The notes: generated by a model not told the origin, from the sequence alone. A stretch of DNA of 48,018 nt from Desulfobacterales bacterium (GCA_032126655.1 JAQBAU010000263.1:1-48018); one strand, 5' to 3'; counted from the stretch's first letter, positions 1 to 9,686 are shown. A program made the numbers and translations.

Positions 1-1
1 A

Positions 2-1429
2 GGCTCGCCCTGTATTGGTGCGGGCGCGGGCGATTTGGGCCCGTATACCGGTGACTGTGTCCCGTGCGAGGGCGTAAGCATGCCTGATATGGGGGCAACG
101 AGTTGTGAACAAGAGCCTTCAAACAATCCACCAACAGCCAATGCCGGCCCTGACGTCACCATTACCGAGGACGACGTGGATACCACGACAATCCAGGGGT
201 TGGCTTCAGATCCGGATGCTGCCGATGTCCTTTCTTATCGTTGGTCGGAAGGCGCGGTGGTTCTGCTTGATTGGACAGAAGTAACGGCTGCCGGTGGCTA
301 TTGTCCTTTGGCCCTGAGCGGCCTTGGACTCGGTGTGGGAACGCACACTCTGACCCTGGAGGTTAAGGATGCAGAGTTTACGGTGTCGGATGACATGCTA
401 CTCACCATTGAGGAGGTCAATCATCCACCCGTGGCACATGCTGGGGATAATCTCCAGATTCTGAGTGAGGACCAGGCCTACACGGTCATTGAGGGAACGG
501 CTTCGGACGAGGACGGCGATGCGCTAGAATACCGATGGCTTGAAGGTGCTGCAGTCCTTGCTGATTGGTTTTTGGTGGGAACACTTGGTGAGGCTTATCT
601 CGACCTCGCTGGGGTGCCGTATTTCTCCGTTGGAGATCATGACCTGACCCTGGAGGTCCGTGAGACGTCGACGCCAGAGCAACTCACCGCCTCAGATACC
701 ATGGAGCTAACGGTCAACAACTCGCCACCTGATGTCAACGCCGAACCCGACACTCAGACGGTCGAGATCGGTGTTGACCCGATTGTGGTTCAAGCTCAGA
801 TTTCCGACTTCGACGGGGACATCGTGTCATACGACTGGTTCCTGGGGAGCGAGAGTCTTGGGTCTGGCAGCGTTGCAACCGTCCTGGGTGGAGATCCTAT
901 TTCCATCCCTGATCTTTACATCGCAGCAGGTGATGGGCGGTTCCCCTTGGGCGACCATTTCATTGACCTTGTAGTAAACGATGGGTCCATCGATCCGGTC
1001 AGTGATCGGGTAAAGGTGACGGTCCAAGACACAGGAGGCCCGAGCCTCGGTCCCGTGACCTGTCCGCCCATGGGCATCCTGTGGCCACCGAATCACAAGC
1101 TGGTGCCTATTAACATCTGTGCCTATGCTTTTGACAACGACTTCAGCGGAGATATTACGCTGGCTGTTCGGGTTGAAAGCAGCGAGCCGCCGAATGCGAA
1201 TGCAGATGGGAACACGATACCTGATGTTGTCTACATTCCTGACCAGGAAAACTGCTGGAGTTGGGACCCTGAAACCGGCGGTACCATTAACCTGGAGCTT
1301 CGCTCTGAGCGACAGGGAACCGGCGATGGCCGAATCTACACGATCTTTATTACTGCAACCGATGCAAGTGGGAACTTTGCTGAAGCATCGCTGACCGTGC
1401 TTGCACCGCACGACAAGCGGAAGAAGTAG
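2..1429 (+). CDS. Secreted/cell-surface protein with three tandem Ig-like (PKD/cadherin-like) repeats plus a conserved C-terminal module; 5' end cut by the window edge
   Basis: The frame is open from nt 2, with no stop upstream of the TTG at 35, so the gene probably starts outside the window. There are three repeats of about 95-100 aa. They open NNPPTANAGPD / NHPPVAHAGDN / SPPDVNAEPD and carry SYRW/EYRW/SYDW and HTLTLEV/HDLTLEV motifs. The C-terminal LWPPNHKLV...GDGRIYTI...APHD module is typical of bacterial surface-protein ends. Confidence 0.75.
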   Translation, partial: GSPCIGAGAGDLGPYTGDCVPCEGVSMPDMGATSCEQEPSNNPPTANAGPDVTITEDDVDTTTIQGLASDPDAADVLSYRWSEGAVVLLDWTEVTAAGGYCPLALSGLGLGVGTHTLTLEVKDAEFTVSDDMLLTIEEVNHPPVAHAGDNLQILSEDQAYTVIEGTASDEDGDALEYRWLEGAAVLADWFLVGTLGEAYLDLAGVPYFSVGDHDLTLEVRETSTPEQLTASDTMELTVNNSPPDVNAEPDTQTVEIGVDPIVVQAQISDFDGDIVSYDWFLGSESLGSGSVATVLGGDPISIPDLYIAAGDGRFPLGDHFIDLVVNDGSIDPVSDRVKVTVQDTGGPSLGPVTCPPMGILWPPNHKLVPINICAYAFDNDFSGDITLAVRVESSEPPNANADGNTIPDVVYIPDQENCWSWDPETGGTINLELRSERQGTGDGRIYTIFITATDASGNFAEASLTVLAPHDKRKK

Positions 1430-1476
1430 AAAGCTGTCGTTGCAGTAGTCGTGCAGTTGAGTTCAGATATCCAAGG

Positions 1477-1512
1477 CTGCGCGGGGAGCTTTTCCCCGCG
1501 CGGCCCGTTTTT
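1477..1512 (+). terminator. Probable rho-independent terminator after the surface-protein gene
   Basis: Perfect 9-bp GC-rich stem GCGCGGGGA (1479-1487) / TCCCCGCGC (1493-1501) with a 5-nt loop. It is followed by GGCCCG then TTTTT, and lies about 50 nt after the stop at 1429. Confidence 0.6.
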
Positions 1513-2172
1513 CATTGTGCCACGACAGTGGGTGCAAAACGACTCAAAGCCCCTTGAAACTGTTGTGTGAAATGGTGTGCTAGGCATGACGAATATTGGG
1601 GGACATATCTTATATGCACAGAGGGATGTAGTCCCCATCATCAGATGATCCGCCACATTAATCGTATTTGACGTAAGGCTTCAGAATACCACAGATTGGG
1701 ATTCAAAGATTTTCCCCAAAACTTACGGTTACTGCTATAGATCTATACTTCACCCTCTCCCGGCTACCGTTTCGATAGGAGTTTACAATCTTCAGGAGTA
1801 GGATTTCACCGGAAGAAGCTGACGCAAGACTCGCGATAACAAGAAAAAATCCATAGAATAGCCAAATTCAAGATACTGCCATACAAGATCTCAAAAATGG
1901 ACGCTGAAAAACTTATCATTTGCAACTGCTATCTCTAAATATGGCCTCAGAATGAGTGGCCAGCCTTGATCAAAACCATACGGCTTTTTCCCATGTTTTG
2001 TTGGAATAGCCACTTCCTTTCCACCCGCTGGTTTTCCTTGACATTTTTCTGATTGTGCTTACTTTGCGAAGCTTGATTCTTCGATTGGGAGAATCCAAAG
2101 GATAGAGATAAATACGTTAACAACCTCATATTAGAGTTACGGCTCTGCTAGAGGGACAGAAAGGAAACGCAT

Positions 2173-2607
2173 ATGAAGCCTAAAAAGAGAATCGCTTTAG
2201 TCGCTCATGACCAGAGAAAAGAGGATTTGGTCAGCTGGGTGAAATACAATGCTGAGCGGCTGACGGAACATGAACTCTATGCCACTGGAACAACGGGGCA
2301 AATCATATCTGAGAAGTGTTCACTGGAAGTTCACAGACTGAAAAGTGGTCCACTGGGTGGCGACCAACAGCTTGGTGCCATGATAGCCAACGGCGAACTT
2401 GATGTTCTGATATTCTTTTGGGACCCTATGACCACCCAGCCACATGATGTTGACGTCAAAGCATTGCTCAGGATGGCGGTATTATACAACATACCAGTGG
2501 CTTGCAACAGATCCACCGCAGATTTCATTATATCAAGCAGCTTGTTTAATGAGCAGTATGACCCAGTAATTAAGGATTATGGTAAATACATAGGCAGAAA
2601 ACTATAG
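2173..2607 (+). CDS. mgsA: Methylglyoxal synthase
   Basis: 144 aa. Motifs IALVAHDQRKEDL, YATGTTG, GPLGGDQQ and PHDVDVKALLR are characteristic of MgsA. AAGGAA Shine-Dalgarno lies before the ATG. Confidence 0.92.
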   Translation: MKPKKRIALVAHDQRKEDLVSWVKYNAERLTEHELYATGTTGQIISEKCSLEVHRLKSGPLGGDQQLGAMIANGELDVLIFFWDPMTTQPHDVDVKALLRMAVLYNIPVACNRSTADFIISSSLFNEQYDPVIKDYGKYIGRKL

Positions 2608-2958
2608 TTTTACGGAGTTTAGCAGCGTCCCCAAAATGAGTGGCCTACCAAGGTCACGGCTATTGGTTCCACCCTGAATTTTCGGCCAAAGAGTCTTCGT
2701 TTCCCAGAATCTTCCCCGACAGTTTGAAAAAACTTATCAAGGGTTTCATATCTTTGACTGCGGTCTTGCGTCAGACGGAATGCCCGCCAATTCACAATAT
2801 CAAGAAACGATCTCTAAGATAGCCAACTGTAATACTACCCAGTGTTATGTTGTAGTTCAGCCGACCTCCTAAATCTAACGACTTGTCACAGTTATCCTCA
2901 ATTGTCACTGAAGTAACGCTATGACAAAAATCCGGGTTGTACCCGGTTGATTTAGTGC

Positions 2959-2988
2959 TTGACAAGCCCCTGATTTTCCTAATATACT
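2959..2988 (+). promoter_or_regulatory. Sigma70-type promoter candidate for hisB
   Basis: TTGACA (2959-2964), 18-nt spacer, TATACT (2983-2988), about 85 nt upstream of the hisB ATG. Confidence 0.5.
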
Positions 2989-3074
2989 TACACGTTACGG
3001 CATAAAGAACCACAGGCGGACGCAGAATCATAGTCTGTTTGTGATTGGCAACCCATCACCGAATCGAGAAGAAA

Positions 3075-3680
3075 ATGGCTGCAAGAAAGACAAAGAAGCG
3101 TTCCGCCAAGGTGACACGTACCACTAGTGAAACAGACGTCAAGCTCCAGTTGACCATAGAAGGGAAGGGCAAGTGCGCCATTTCCACTGGCATACCGTTT
3201 ATGGATCACATGCTCACCCTGATGGCTGCACACGGTTTCTTTGATCTGACCCTCAATGCCAAGGGTGACGTTGATATAGACGATCATCACACAATTGAAG
3301 ACGTAGGGATCGTATTGGGTGAAGCCTTCAGCAAGGCACTTGGAGACCGGAAGGGAATCAAAAGGTACGGGAGAGGGCTCGTCCCGATGGACGAAGCCAT
3401 TGGCTCTGTGGTGATTGATTTCTCAAACCGGCCATTTCTTGTCTACAATGTGAGGCTAAAACGCGAAATGATCGGGCGCTTTGACGCACAGATCTGTGAA
3501 GAGTTCTTCAGGGCCTTTGTCAACCGAAGCGGCACTACGCTTCATGTGAATGTCATGTATGGCGAGAACACGCATCACATAGTAGAAGCTGTGTTTAAGG
3601 CCTTTGGCCAGGCGCTCGACGAGGCCTCCACGTTGGATAGCCGGATTGGAACGGTGCGGTCAACCAAGGGCGTGTTATAG
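3075..3680 (+). CDS. hisB: Imidazoleglycerol-phosphate dehydratase
   Basis: Motifs TRTTSETDVKL, GIPFMDHML and DIDDHHTIEDVGI, plus the HHIVEA...FKA signature. The ORF opens at a TTG at 3045, but the ATG at 3075 (MAARKTKK...) fits better. Confidence 0.9.
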   Translation: MAARKTKKRSAKVTRTTSETDVKLQLTIEGKGKCAISTGIPFMDHMLTLMAAHGFFDLTLNAKGDVDIDDHHTIEDVGIVLGEAFSKALGDRKGIKRYGRGLVPMDEAIGSVVIDFSNRPFLVYNVRLKREMIGRFDAQICEEFFRAFVNRSGTTLHVNVMYGENTHHIVEAVFKAFGQALDEASTLDSRIGTVRSTKGVL

Positions 3681-3694
3681 GAAGGGGACTCGGT

Positions 3695-4390
3695 ATGTAT
3701 CGATCAGGTCATAGAGGATCTTGTACCAAAGCTGCACTGTACGTGTTGATTGTTGTGAGTTTGTCCCTTGCGGGGTGTGCCAGCAGCGAACCAGCACCCA
3801 GTGCTCCACATCCGAAGGTGTCGAATGTACAAACGTTGCTGGTGGTGCCCTTTGGAATTGCGTCCGAAGGATACCAGGTGGGGACGACCGCGCGGTGTTC
3901 CATGTGCGGTACCATCTTTATCACCGGCCCCAGCGCTCCGAACGACGGCACGTACATGACAGATCAACTGTTGGCCTACCTGAGGACCAAGACTGACTAT
4001 ACTTTGATTCCTCCCGGGTCAGGTGCAGGGGTTCGAGCCCAGATTCTTTCAGAAACCATGGATATACCGGAGAGAGATCTCCTGCTCCAGATGGGCCGAA
4101 AGCTGGGCGCCGATGCCGTGGTCAGCGGCAAGATTTTTCGCTTCCAGCAGCGTGTGGGGACCTCCTATTCGGTCGAGACCCCAGCCTCTGTTGCCTTCAG
4201 CATGTATTTGCTGCGAGTAGTGGACGGGGACATGATATGGGCTGGAAATTTCGATGAAACCCAGCGACCTCTCAGTGAGAACCTTCTACAGATCTCCACA
4301 TGGGCCAAACGTGGGGCCCGTTTTCTTACCTCAGAAGAACTGGCCCACTCCGGGCTGACTAAGGTGATGGCCGCTTTTCCTGTTCCCTAG
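3695..4390 (+). CDS. Putative lipoprotein of unknown function
   Basis: 231 aa with an N-terminal signal peptide and lipobox LSLAGC. GGAAGGGGA Shine-Dalgarno. Inserted between hisB and hisA, where hisH usually sits. Confidence 0.7.
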   Translation: MYRSGHRGSCTKAALYVLIVVSLSLAGCASSEPAPSAPHPKVSNVQTLLVVPFGIASEGYQVGTTARCSMCGTIFITGPSAPNDGTYMTDQLLAYLRTKTDYTLIPPGSGAGVRAQILSETMDIPERDLLLQMGRKLGADAVVSGKIFRFQQRVGTSYSVETPASVAFSMYLLRVVDGDMIWAGNFDETQRPLSENLLQISTWAKRGARFLTSEELAHSGLTKVMAAFPVP

Positions 4391-4420
4391 TCACAAGCTG
4401 TTCCTTAGGAATATTCCCAG

Positions 4421-5152
4421 ATGTTGATTATCCCAGCGGTAGATATCAAGGGTGGGCAATGCGTTCGGCTCCTTCAGGGGCGTGAAGATTCAGAGACGGT
4501 CTTCGGGGACGATCCCTCTGCCATGGCAGCGAGATGGGAGGCGGAGGGCGCTCAACTGCTGCATGTTATCGATTTGGACGGTGCTTTTAACAAGAGTCCT
4601 CAGAATATTGAAGCCATCGAACGGATCGTGGATTCGGTCGACATACCCATCCAGCTTGGCGGCGGGATAAGGAACATGGAAACAGTGTCGATGTTCCTTA
4701 ATCTTGGGGTGAGGCGGGTTATTCTTGGAACCGAAGCGATCAGGGATCCTGGCCTGGTTGAACAAGCCTGTGAGGCATTTCCAGGTCAAATTATCGTTGG
4801 CATTGATGCTCGTAAGGGGATGGTAGCCATAGAGGGTTGGACCGAGACGACTGAGCGGGAGGCCATTGAGGTGGCCAGGCGTTTTGAGGGACTCGGGCTG
4901 GCAGGTATTGTGTTTACGGACATACACAAAGACGGTATGCAGAGTGGCCCAAACATCGAAGAGACAAAAAAGATTGCCGAGTCCGTGTCGACACCGATTA
5001 TCGCATCAGGAGGGGTGAACGATATCAATGACATAAAGGCCCTTGCAGAACTGGAACCTGTGGGTGTGATTGGGGTCATCACTGGAAGGGCGCTGTATGA
5101 GGGGTCCTTGGTTCTCAAGGATGCCCTGGAGGTGACGCGGGCGAAAAACTGA
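4421..5152 (+). CDS. hisA: ProFAR isomerase (1-(5-phosphoribosyl)-5-[(5-phosphoribosylamino)methylideneamino]imidazole-4-carboxamide isomerase)
   Basis: N-terminus MLIIPAVDIKGGQCVRLLQG, plus LHVIDLDGA and GGGIR motifs. 243 aa. Confidence 0.92.
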   Translation: MLIIPAVDIKGGQCVRLLQGREDSETVFGDDPSAMAARWEAEGAQLLHVIDLDGAFNKSPQNIEAIERIVDSVDIPIQLGGGIRNMETVSMFLNLGVRRVILGTEAIRDPGLVEQACEAFPGQIIVGIDARKGMVAIEGWTETTEREAIEVARRFEGLGLAGIVFTDIHKDGMQSGPNIEETKKIAESVSTPIIASGGVNDINDIKALAELEPVGVIGVITGRALYEGSLVLKDALEVTRAKN

Positions 5153-5169
5153 ACACCAACATTTTTGGG

Positions 5170-5198
5170 TTGACAATCCTTCCATAAATAATTATAAT
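5170..5198 (+). promoter_or_regulatory. Perfect-consensus sigma70 promoter
   Basis: TTGACA (5170-5175), exactly 17-nt spacer, TATAAT (5193-5198). The next gene on this strand, yqeY, starts at 5398. Confidence 0.6.
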
Positions 5199-5397
5199 TT
5201 AGGTTTCACAAAAAAACCCTGATCGGGTGGCCAGACCCCTTCTTGGAGCGAATTATTCGAAGCCTTCCATCCGTCTTACACTTGACGCATCCTTTGTTCA
5301 GAATAAGCTCTATAGATTTGTCTTTACTTGCCATTTGTCCCGATCTGCTTTTTCGCCTATCAAAACAGAGAGTTAACTTGCCTTTTTCAGAATCGAG

Positions 5398-5856
5398 ATG
5401 TTTTTAAAGGAAACTATTGCCCAGCAACTTGCTGGGGCAACAAAAGCAAAAGATGCGGTTCGGATGAACACGCTTCGTATGTTGCGTGCGGCGATCAAGA
5501 ACCGGGAGGTCGAGCTTCGGGCTGAACTGGAGGACGAGGAAATCTTGCGTGTCATTGGCTCCCAAATCAAGCAACGCAAGGAGTCCATTCGTCAATATGA
5601 AGAGGGGGGGCGAACCGATCTCGCCAAGAAAGAAGAAGACGAACGGGACATATTGATGTCCCTCATGCCTGAGCAGATGTCCGAGGAACAGGTCACCAGG
5701 ATGGTCTTGGAAATCATCGAGGAACTCGATGCCAAAGAGATGAAGGATATGGGCAGGGTGATGAAAGCCGCCATGGCCAAGTTTGCTGGTTCGGCCGACG
5801 GCAAGATGGTGAACGAGATTGTGAAGAGGAACCTGAGTCCTGAGCCGCATTCTTAA
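5398..5856 (+). CDS. yqeY: GatB/YqeY domain-containing protein
   Basis: 152 aa. LKETI...AMKAKD..R..TLRMLRAAIKNREVE is a typical YqeY N-terminus. It sits directly upstream of dnaG-rpoD. Confidence 0.85.
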   Translation: MFLKETIAQQLAGATKAKDAVRMNTLRMLRAAIKNREVELRAELEDEEILRVIGSQIKQRKESIRQYEEGGRTDLAKKEEDERDILMSLMPEQMSEEQVTRMVLEIIEELDAKEMKDMGRVMKAAMAKFAGSADGKMVNEIVKRNLSPEPHS

Positions 5857-5891
5857 AATGGGTTCGGGACTACTGGTAGGAGTAACCTCCC

Positions 5892-7646
5892 TTGGCGGGA
5901 TTCATACCCGAAGACATCATTGACCGCGTTAGAGAGGCGACAAACATCGTTGATGTGATTGGCGAATGTGTTGCCTTGAAAAAGACAGGTAAGAATTTCG
6001 TTGGGTTGTGCCCATTTCACGCAGACACAACGCCTTCTTTCACCGTAAGTGAGGAGAAACAGATATTCCACTGTTTCGGTTGTGGACAGGGGGGCAATGT
6101 TCTGACGTTTCTCATGCAATACAACAATCTGAACTTTCCGGAAGCTGTAGGGTTTCTGTCACGAAAGTGCGGGATCGATATACCGAAGAAGAAGATGTCC
6201 CCAGCTCAGAAGAAGGAGTTGGAAGAAAGGGAACTGTTACTACAGATCAACAGCGAAGCAGCCATATATTACAAAGCGATGTTATCGGATCCCTCCTCGG
6301 GTAAGCAGGCAAGAGATTACTTGAAAAAGCGGCAGATGAAGCCGGAAGTGATTGATCGCTTTATGCTCGGGTATGCTCCGGCGTCATGGACCGGCCTGAT
6401 GCAGCACCTCTCAAGAAGAAAAGTTTCGGTGGATCATCTACAAAAAGCAGGGCTGGTGGTTGCCAAAAACGGCAAGCGCTATGATCGGTTTCGTGATCGG
6501 ATCATATTCCCTATCGTTGATATTCATCAGAAAGTTGTGGGCTGTGGGGGGCGCAGCCTGGACGACAGCCTCCCCAAGTACCTCAACTCTCCTGATACGC
6601 TCGTTTATAGCAAGAGTAGAACACTGTACGGATTGCACGTTGCCAAAGACGCTTGTCGCCAGAGTGGGCAAGCCTTTATCGTCGAAGGTTACTTTGATCT
6701 CCTGGCTCTTCATTGTCACGGCGTAGAAAACGTCGTCGCCACGCTTGGCACAGCACTTACACGGCAGCAGGTGCGTATAATGAAGGGGTATGCCCGGCAG
6801 ATGGTTCTCGTGTTTGATTCAGATGAGGCCGGCATAAAGGCTGCGGAACGGAGCCTCTCTTTATTTATGGAAGAAAAGGTTGACGCTCGCATATTGGTGC
6901 TTCCCGGGGGGCAAGATCCGGATTCCTATATCTTTGAGGTTGGTGCCGAGGGTTTTATAAAGGCAAGTGACAAAGCTCTGGGAGTCATGCCATTTTTGAT
7001 TGCCTCTGCCATCGAGCGACACGGTCTTTCTCTGGAAGGCAAAGTGCGCATTATTGAGGCACTCAAAGGTCCGGTTGGGTCTTTGCAGGATAGTGTGAGT
7101 CGATCTGTCTACATAAAGGATTTGGCGGAACGCCTTGACATCGATGAATCGGCTATCTTGGAACAGGTCCGAGTTTCGGCATCCAAGGGGAAGAAGGCGG
7201 GCGGGGAACCAAAGCCGCGGCATGGATCAAAGCTGGAGGAGGCACTTGTTGCAATTATGCTGCAGTGGCCCGAGATTCTGTCTGCCCTGAATCCAGAGGA
7301 AATTGTGGAAGGGTTTGAAACCGTGGAGTTTAGGAAATTAGGCCGCCTGATCTTAGAAAAATCAACGCCGGAAAAGCCCGTGACGGGTGCTGATCTGATG
7401 GCAAACATAGATGATCCCCGGATCAGGAATTTGATGTCTTCACTCTTATTGGAAGAGATTCAGCAGGATCGCGACAGTTGCCACAAGATTGTGAAACAGT
7501 ATCAAACCCACCTCAGGAAACGCCAAATCAAGGTGCTTTCAAAGAAGATTAAAGAGGCGGAAAGGACGAACAATCAGGAATTGTTGAATCAACTCCTTGT
7601 TGAGAAACAACAGTGGGCTGAGCAGCAGATAGAAGCCTCTTCATAA
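5892..7646 (+). CDS. dnaG: DNA primase
   Basis: Zinc-ribbon CPFHADTTPSFTV...FHCFGCGQGGNV and Toprim EGYFDLLAL...VLVFDSDEAG. TTG start with TAGGAG Shine-Dalgarno. Confidence 0.95.
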   Translation: MAGFIPEDIIDRVREATNIVDVIGECVALKKTGKNFVGLCPFHADTTPSFTVSEEKQIFHCFGCGQGGNVLTFLMQYNNLNFPEAVGFLSRKCGIDIPKKKMSPAQKKELEERELLLQINSEAAIYYKAMLSDPSSGKQARDYLKKRQMKPEVIDRFMLGYAPASWTGLMQHLSRRKVSVDHLQKAGLVVAKNGKRYDRFRDRIIFPIVDIHQKVVGCGGRSLDDSLPKYLNSPDTLVYSKSRTLYGLHVAKDACRQSGQAFIVEGYFDLLALHCHGVENVVATLGTALTRQQVRIMKGYARQMVLVFDSDEAGIKAAERSLSLFMEEKVDARILVLPGGQDPDSYIFEVGAEGFIKASDKALGVMPFLIASAIERHGLSLEGKVRIIEALKGPVGSLQDSVSRSVYIKDLAERLDIDESAILEQVRVSASKGKKAGGEPKPRHGSKLEEALVAIMLQWPEILSALNPEEIVEGFETVEFRKLGRLILEKSTPEKPVTGADLMANIDDPRIRNLMSSLLLEEIQQDRDSCHKIVKQYQTHLRKRQIKVLSKKIKEAERTNNQELLNQLLVEKQQWAEQQIEASS

Positions 7647-7670
7647 AGATAGATCGAAAAGGAGAATCTT

Positions 7671-9416
7671 ATGGGCGGGAAAGCCAAGGTTGAGAATCTG
7701 AAACAACTGATAACCAAAGGGAAGAAACAGGGCTACCTGACCTATGAGGAGCTCAACGATGCCCTGCCGGAAGGCAGGGTCTCCTCCGATCAGATTGACC
7801 AGATGATCATGGTCTTTGATGAGCTCGATATCGAGGTGATCGATGAGAGCAAAATCCAGCTGTTTGAGCTGGAAATAGAGAGGAAGGTTTTAGAAGAGGA
7901 GGCCGCCACACCGCCGCAACCAGAGCGAGATCTATTTGGCAGGGTTACCGACCCAGTCAAGATGTACCTTCGTGAGATGGGATTGGTTTCTTTGCTTAGT
8001 CGAGAGGACGAAGTCGAGATCGCCAAGCAGATAGAAGTAGGGGAGCAGGAAGTGTTGACGGCTCTCGTGCATTCAACTGTTGGGGTAGAGAAGCTTGTCC
8101 GTCTCGGCACCCCTCTTTCGAAGGGCGAACTTCGTCTGAGAGACGTTTTGCGGGACGTAGATGAAATCGATACGTTTGTCGAAGAATCGGTGCATACGGA
8201 AAAAATCTGTAAGATTATTAACGCTATTAGAAGAGTTCACCGGGAGAATGACAAGCATAGGGAGTCCCTCTTCTTGACTAAGATGGATGCCAGCGCTCGT
8301 CGCAAAGTGAGGCGTTCAATAAATCGTAGGAACCAGAGAATTTTCGAACTGATCGAGGATTGGAGGCTCGATGCCAGATTCATTGCTATGATTGTAGAGG
8401 CCATTGAAGACCGTATCGCCCGGTTTCACAGCCTAGAGCGTGAGGTGGCACAATGCGCTTCACAGTTGGGAGAGACATTGACCGACCTGCGCGCGGGCTG
8501 TAAGAGCAAAACAAAGTACATTGCCAAGTTGGCAAAGCAGCTTGACCTTAAGAAGACTGAGATTACAGCCATTATTAACCATGCCATCCTGACGATGGAG
8601 ACCATCCAACAAGAAGAGCTCCAGGTGAGAATGAATGGCCAGGCGTTGAAGCGCGTATTGGCCCGGATAGAAGAGGGTCAATACAATACCAGAATTGCCA
8701 AAGGGAGGATGATCAATGCCAATTTGAGGCTGGTCGTTAGCATTGCCAAGAAGTATACAAATAGGGGACTTCAATTCCTGGATCTGATCCAGGAAGGAAA
8801 CATAGGCCTTATGAAGGCTGTGGACAAGTTTGAATATCGAAGGGGATACAAATTCAGCACGTATGCTACGTGGTGGATTAGACAGGCTATCACGAGAGCC
8901 ATTGCTGATCAGGCCCGAACCATTCGGATCCCGGTCCACATGATCGAGACAATAAACAAGCTGATTCGGACTTCTCGCTATTTGGTGCAGGAGTTGGGCA
9001 GAGAGCCGAGGCCTGAGGAGATTGCTGAAAAAATGGAGTTTCCTCTGGAGAAAGTGCGGAAGGTTTTGAAGATTGCCAAGGAGCCCATATCTCTTGAAAC
9101 ACCTATCGGTGAAGAAGAGGACAGTCATCTCGGGGACTTTATAGAGGACAAGAAGATCATGTCGCCTTCTGAAGCTGCCATCACCCTGAATCTGGCCGAA
9201 CAGACCCGAAAAGTCCTGGCAACGTTGACGCCTCGTGAGGAGAAGGTTCTGCGTATGCGATTCGGGATTGGTGAGAAGTCGGATCATACGCTTGAAGAAG
9301 TGGGAAAGGATTTTACGGTAACCCGGGAACGTATTAGACAGATTGAGGCAAAAGCCTTGAGGAAGCTGCGTCACCCTACGAGGAGCCGCAAACTGAAGGC
9401 GTTCTTGGAGATTTGA
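7671..9416 (+). CDS. rpoD: RNA polymerase primary sigma factor
   Basis: 581 aa. Regions 1.1 to 4.2 are recognisable: [44 protein letters not shown] and the [33 protein letters not shown]. Confidence 0.97.
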   Translation: MGGKAKVENLKQLITKGKKQGYLTYEELNDALPEGRVSSDQIDQMIMVFDELDIEVIDESKIQLFELEIERKVLEEEAATPPQPERDLFGRVTDPVKMYLREMGLVSLLSREDEVEIAKQIEVGEQEVLTALVHSTVGVEKLVRLGTPLSKGELRLRDVLRDVDEIDTFVEESVHTEKICKIINAIRRVHRENDKHRESLFLTKMDASARRKVRRSINRRNQRIFELIEDWRLDARFIAMIVEAIEDRIARFHSLEREVAQCASQLGETLTDLRAGCKSKTKYIAKLAKQLDLKKTEITAIINHAILTMETIQQEELQVRMNGQALKRVLARIEEGQYNTRIAKGRMINANLRLVVSIAKKYTNRGLQFLDLIQEGNIGLMKAVDKFEYRRGYKFSTYATWWIRQAITRAIADQARTIRIPVHMIETINKLIRTSRYLVQELGREPRPEEIAEKMEFPLEKVRKVLKIAKEPISLETPIGEEEDSHLGDFIEDKKIMSPSEAAITLNLAEQTRKVLATLTPREEKVLRMRFGIGEKSDHTLEEVGKDFTVTRERIRQIEAKALRKLRHPTRSRKLKAFLEI

Positions 9417-9430
9417 TCGGTTCAATTTTC

Positions 9431-9459
9431 TTGACAAGTGGAGCCGTTGTGGCTACAGA
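9431..9459 (+). promoter_or_regulatory. Weak promoter candidate for the CAU tRNA
   Basis: Perfect -35 TTGACA (9431-9436), 17-nt spacer, and a poor -10 TACAGA (9454-9459). It lies 20 nt before the tRNA 5' end. Confidence 0.3.
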
Positions 9460-9479
9460 TTGGCTCAACGCGATTTTTT

Positions 9480-9555
9480 GGGCCCATAGCTCAGCTGGCA
9501 GAGCCACCGGCTCATAACCGGTAGGTCCCTGGTTCGATCCCAGGTGGGCCCACCA
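9480..9555 (+). tRNA. tRNA with CAU anticodon (Met, or Ile2 if the anticodon is lysidine-modified)
   Basis: 76-nt cloverleaf. Acceptor stem GGGCCCA/TGGGCCC, anticodon loop CTCATAA, T-arm GGTTCGATCC, encoded CCA. The C4-G69 and C5-G68 acceptor pairs resemble E. coli tRNA-Ile2, so Ile(CAU) is possible. Confidence 0.9.
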
Positions 9556-9646
9556 TGAAGAAGAAACAAGTATGGGGCGTGGAAAGGTATATAAAGGGCG
9601 TGAAGCCAAAGGGCCTGCCGCAAAAGGTGGGCTCTGGCTGCTAAAT

Positions 9647-9686
9647 GAAAAGGTGTGATCTTTTGATCACGCCTTTTCACTTTTTT
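9647..9686 (+). terminator. Rho-independent terminator downstream of the tRNA
   Basis: 14-bp stem (9647-9660 / 9665-9678, one G-U pair) with a TTTT loop, followed by AC and TTTTTT. Confidence 0.8.

Noticed and set aside
2640-3031. Short ORFs 2640-2822 (+), 2792-3031 (-) and 1947-2129 (-) in the spacers flanking mgsA
   Set aside because: No RBS and no recognisable motifs. The translations look random. The region more plausibly holds promoters and the direct-repeat elements reported above.
5328-5525. 65-aa ORF upstream of and overlapping yqeY, considered as a candidate rpsU (S21)
   Set aside because: Its sequence (MPFVPICFFAYQNRELTC...) bears no resemblance to the basic S21 family, and it overlaps the well-supported yqeY start.
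8460-9437. 325-aa ORF antisense to rpoD. Similar long antisense ORFs: 9667-10407 opposite the zinc-ribbon gene, 5404-5850 opposite yqeY, 41283-42065 opposite cheY/STAS, 13217-13711 opposite pyrD, and 43303-43908 and 44260-44847 opposite the PRAI-like and DUF362 genes
   Set aside because: Each lies entirely within a gene that has strong family signatures on the other strand. Their translations are low-complexity or Ser/Arg/Leu-rich with no recognisable motifs. These are typical shadow ORFs.
9555-9644. 29-codon Lys-rich ORF (MKKKQVWGVERYIKGVKPKGLPQKVGSGC) starting at the tRNA CCA end and ending just before the terminator
   Set aside because: It is very short. Its apparent SD (AGGTGG) is simply the tRNA T/acceptor arm, and I recognise no family. 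Treated as chance.
9376-9680. ORFs 9376-9609 and 9465-9680 (minus), and 26479-26733 (minus)
   Set aside because: They run through the tRNA genes and their flanks, and have no RBS or family similarity.
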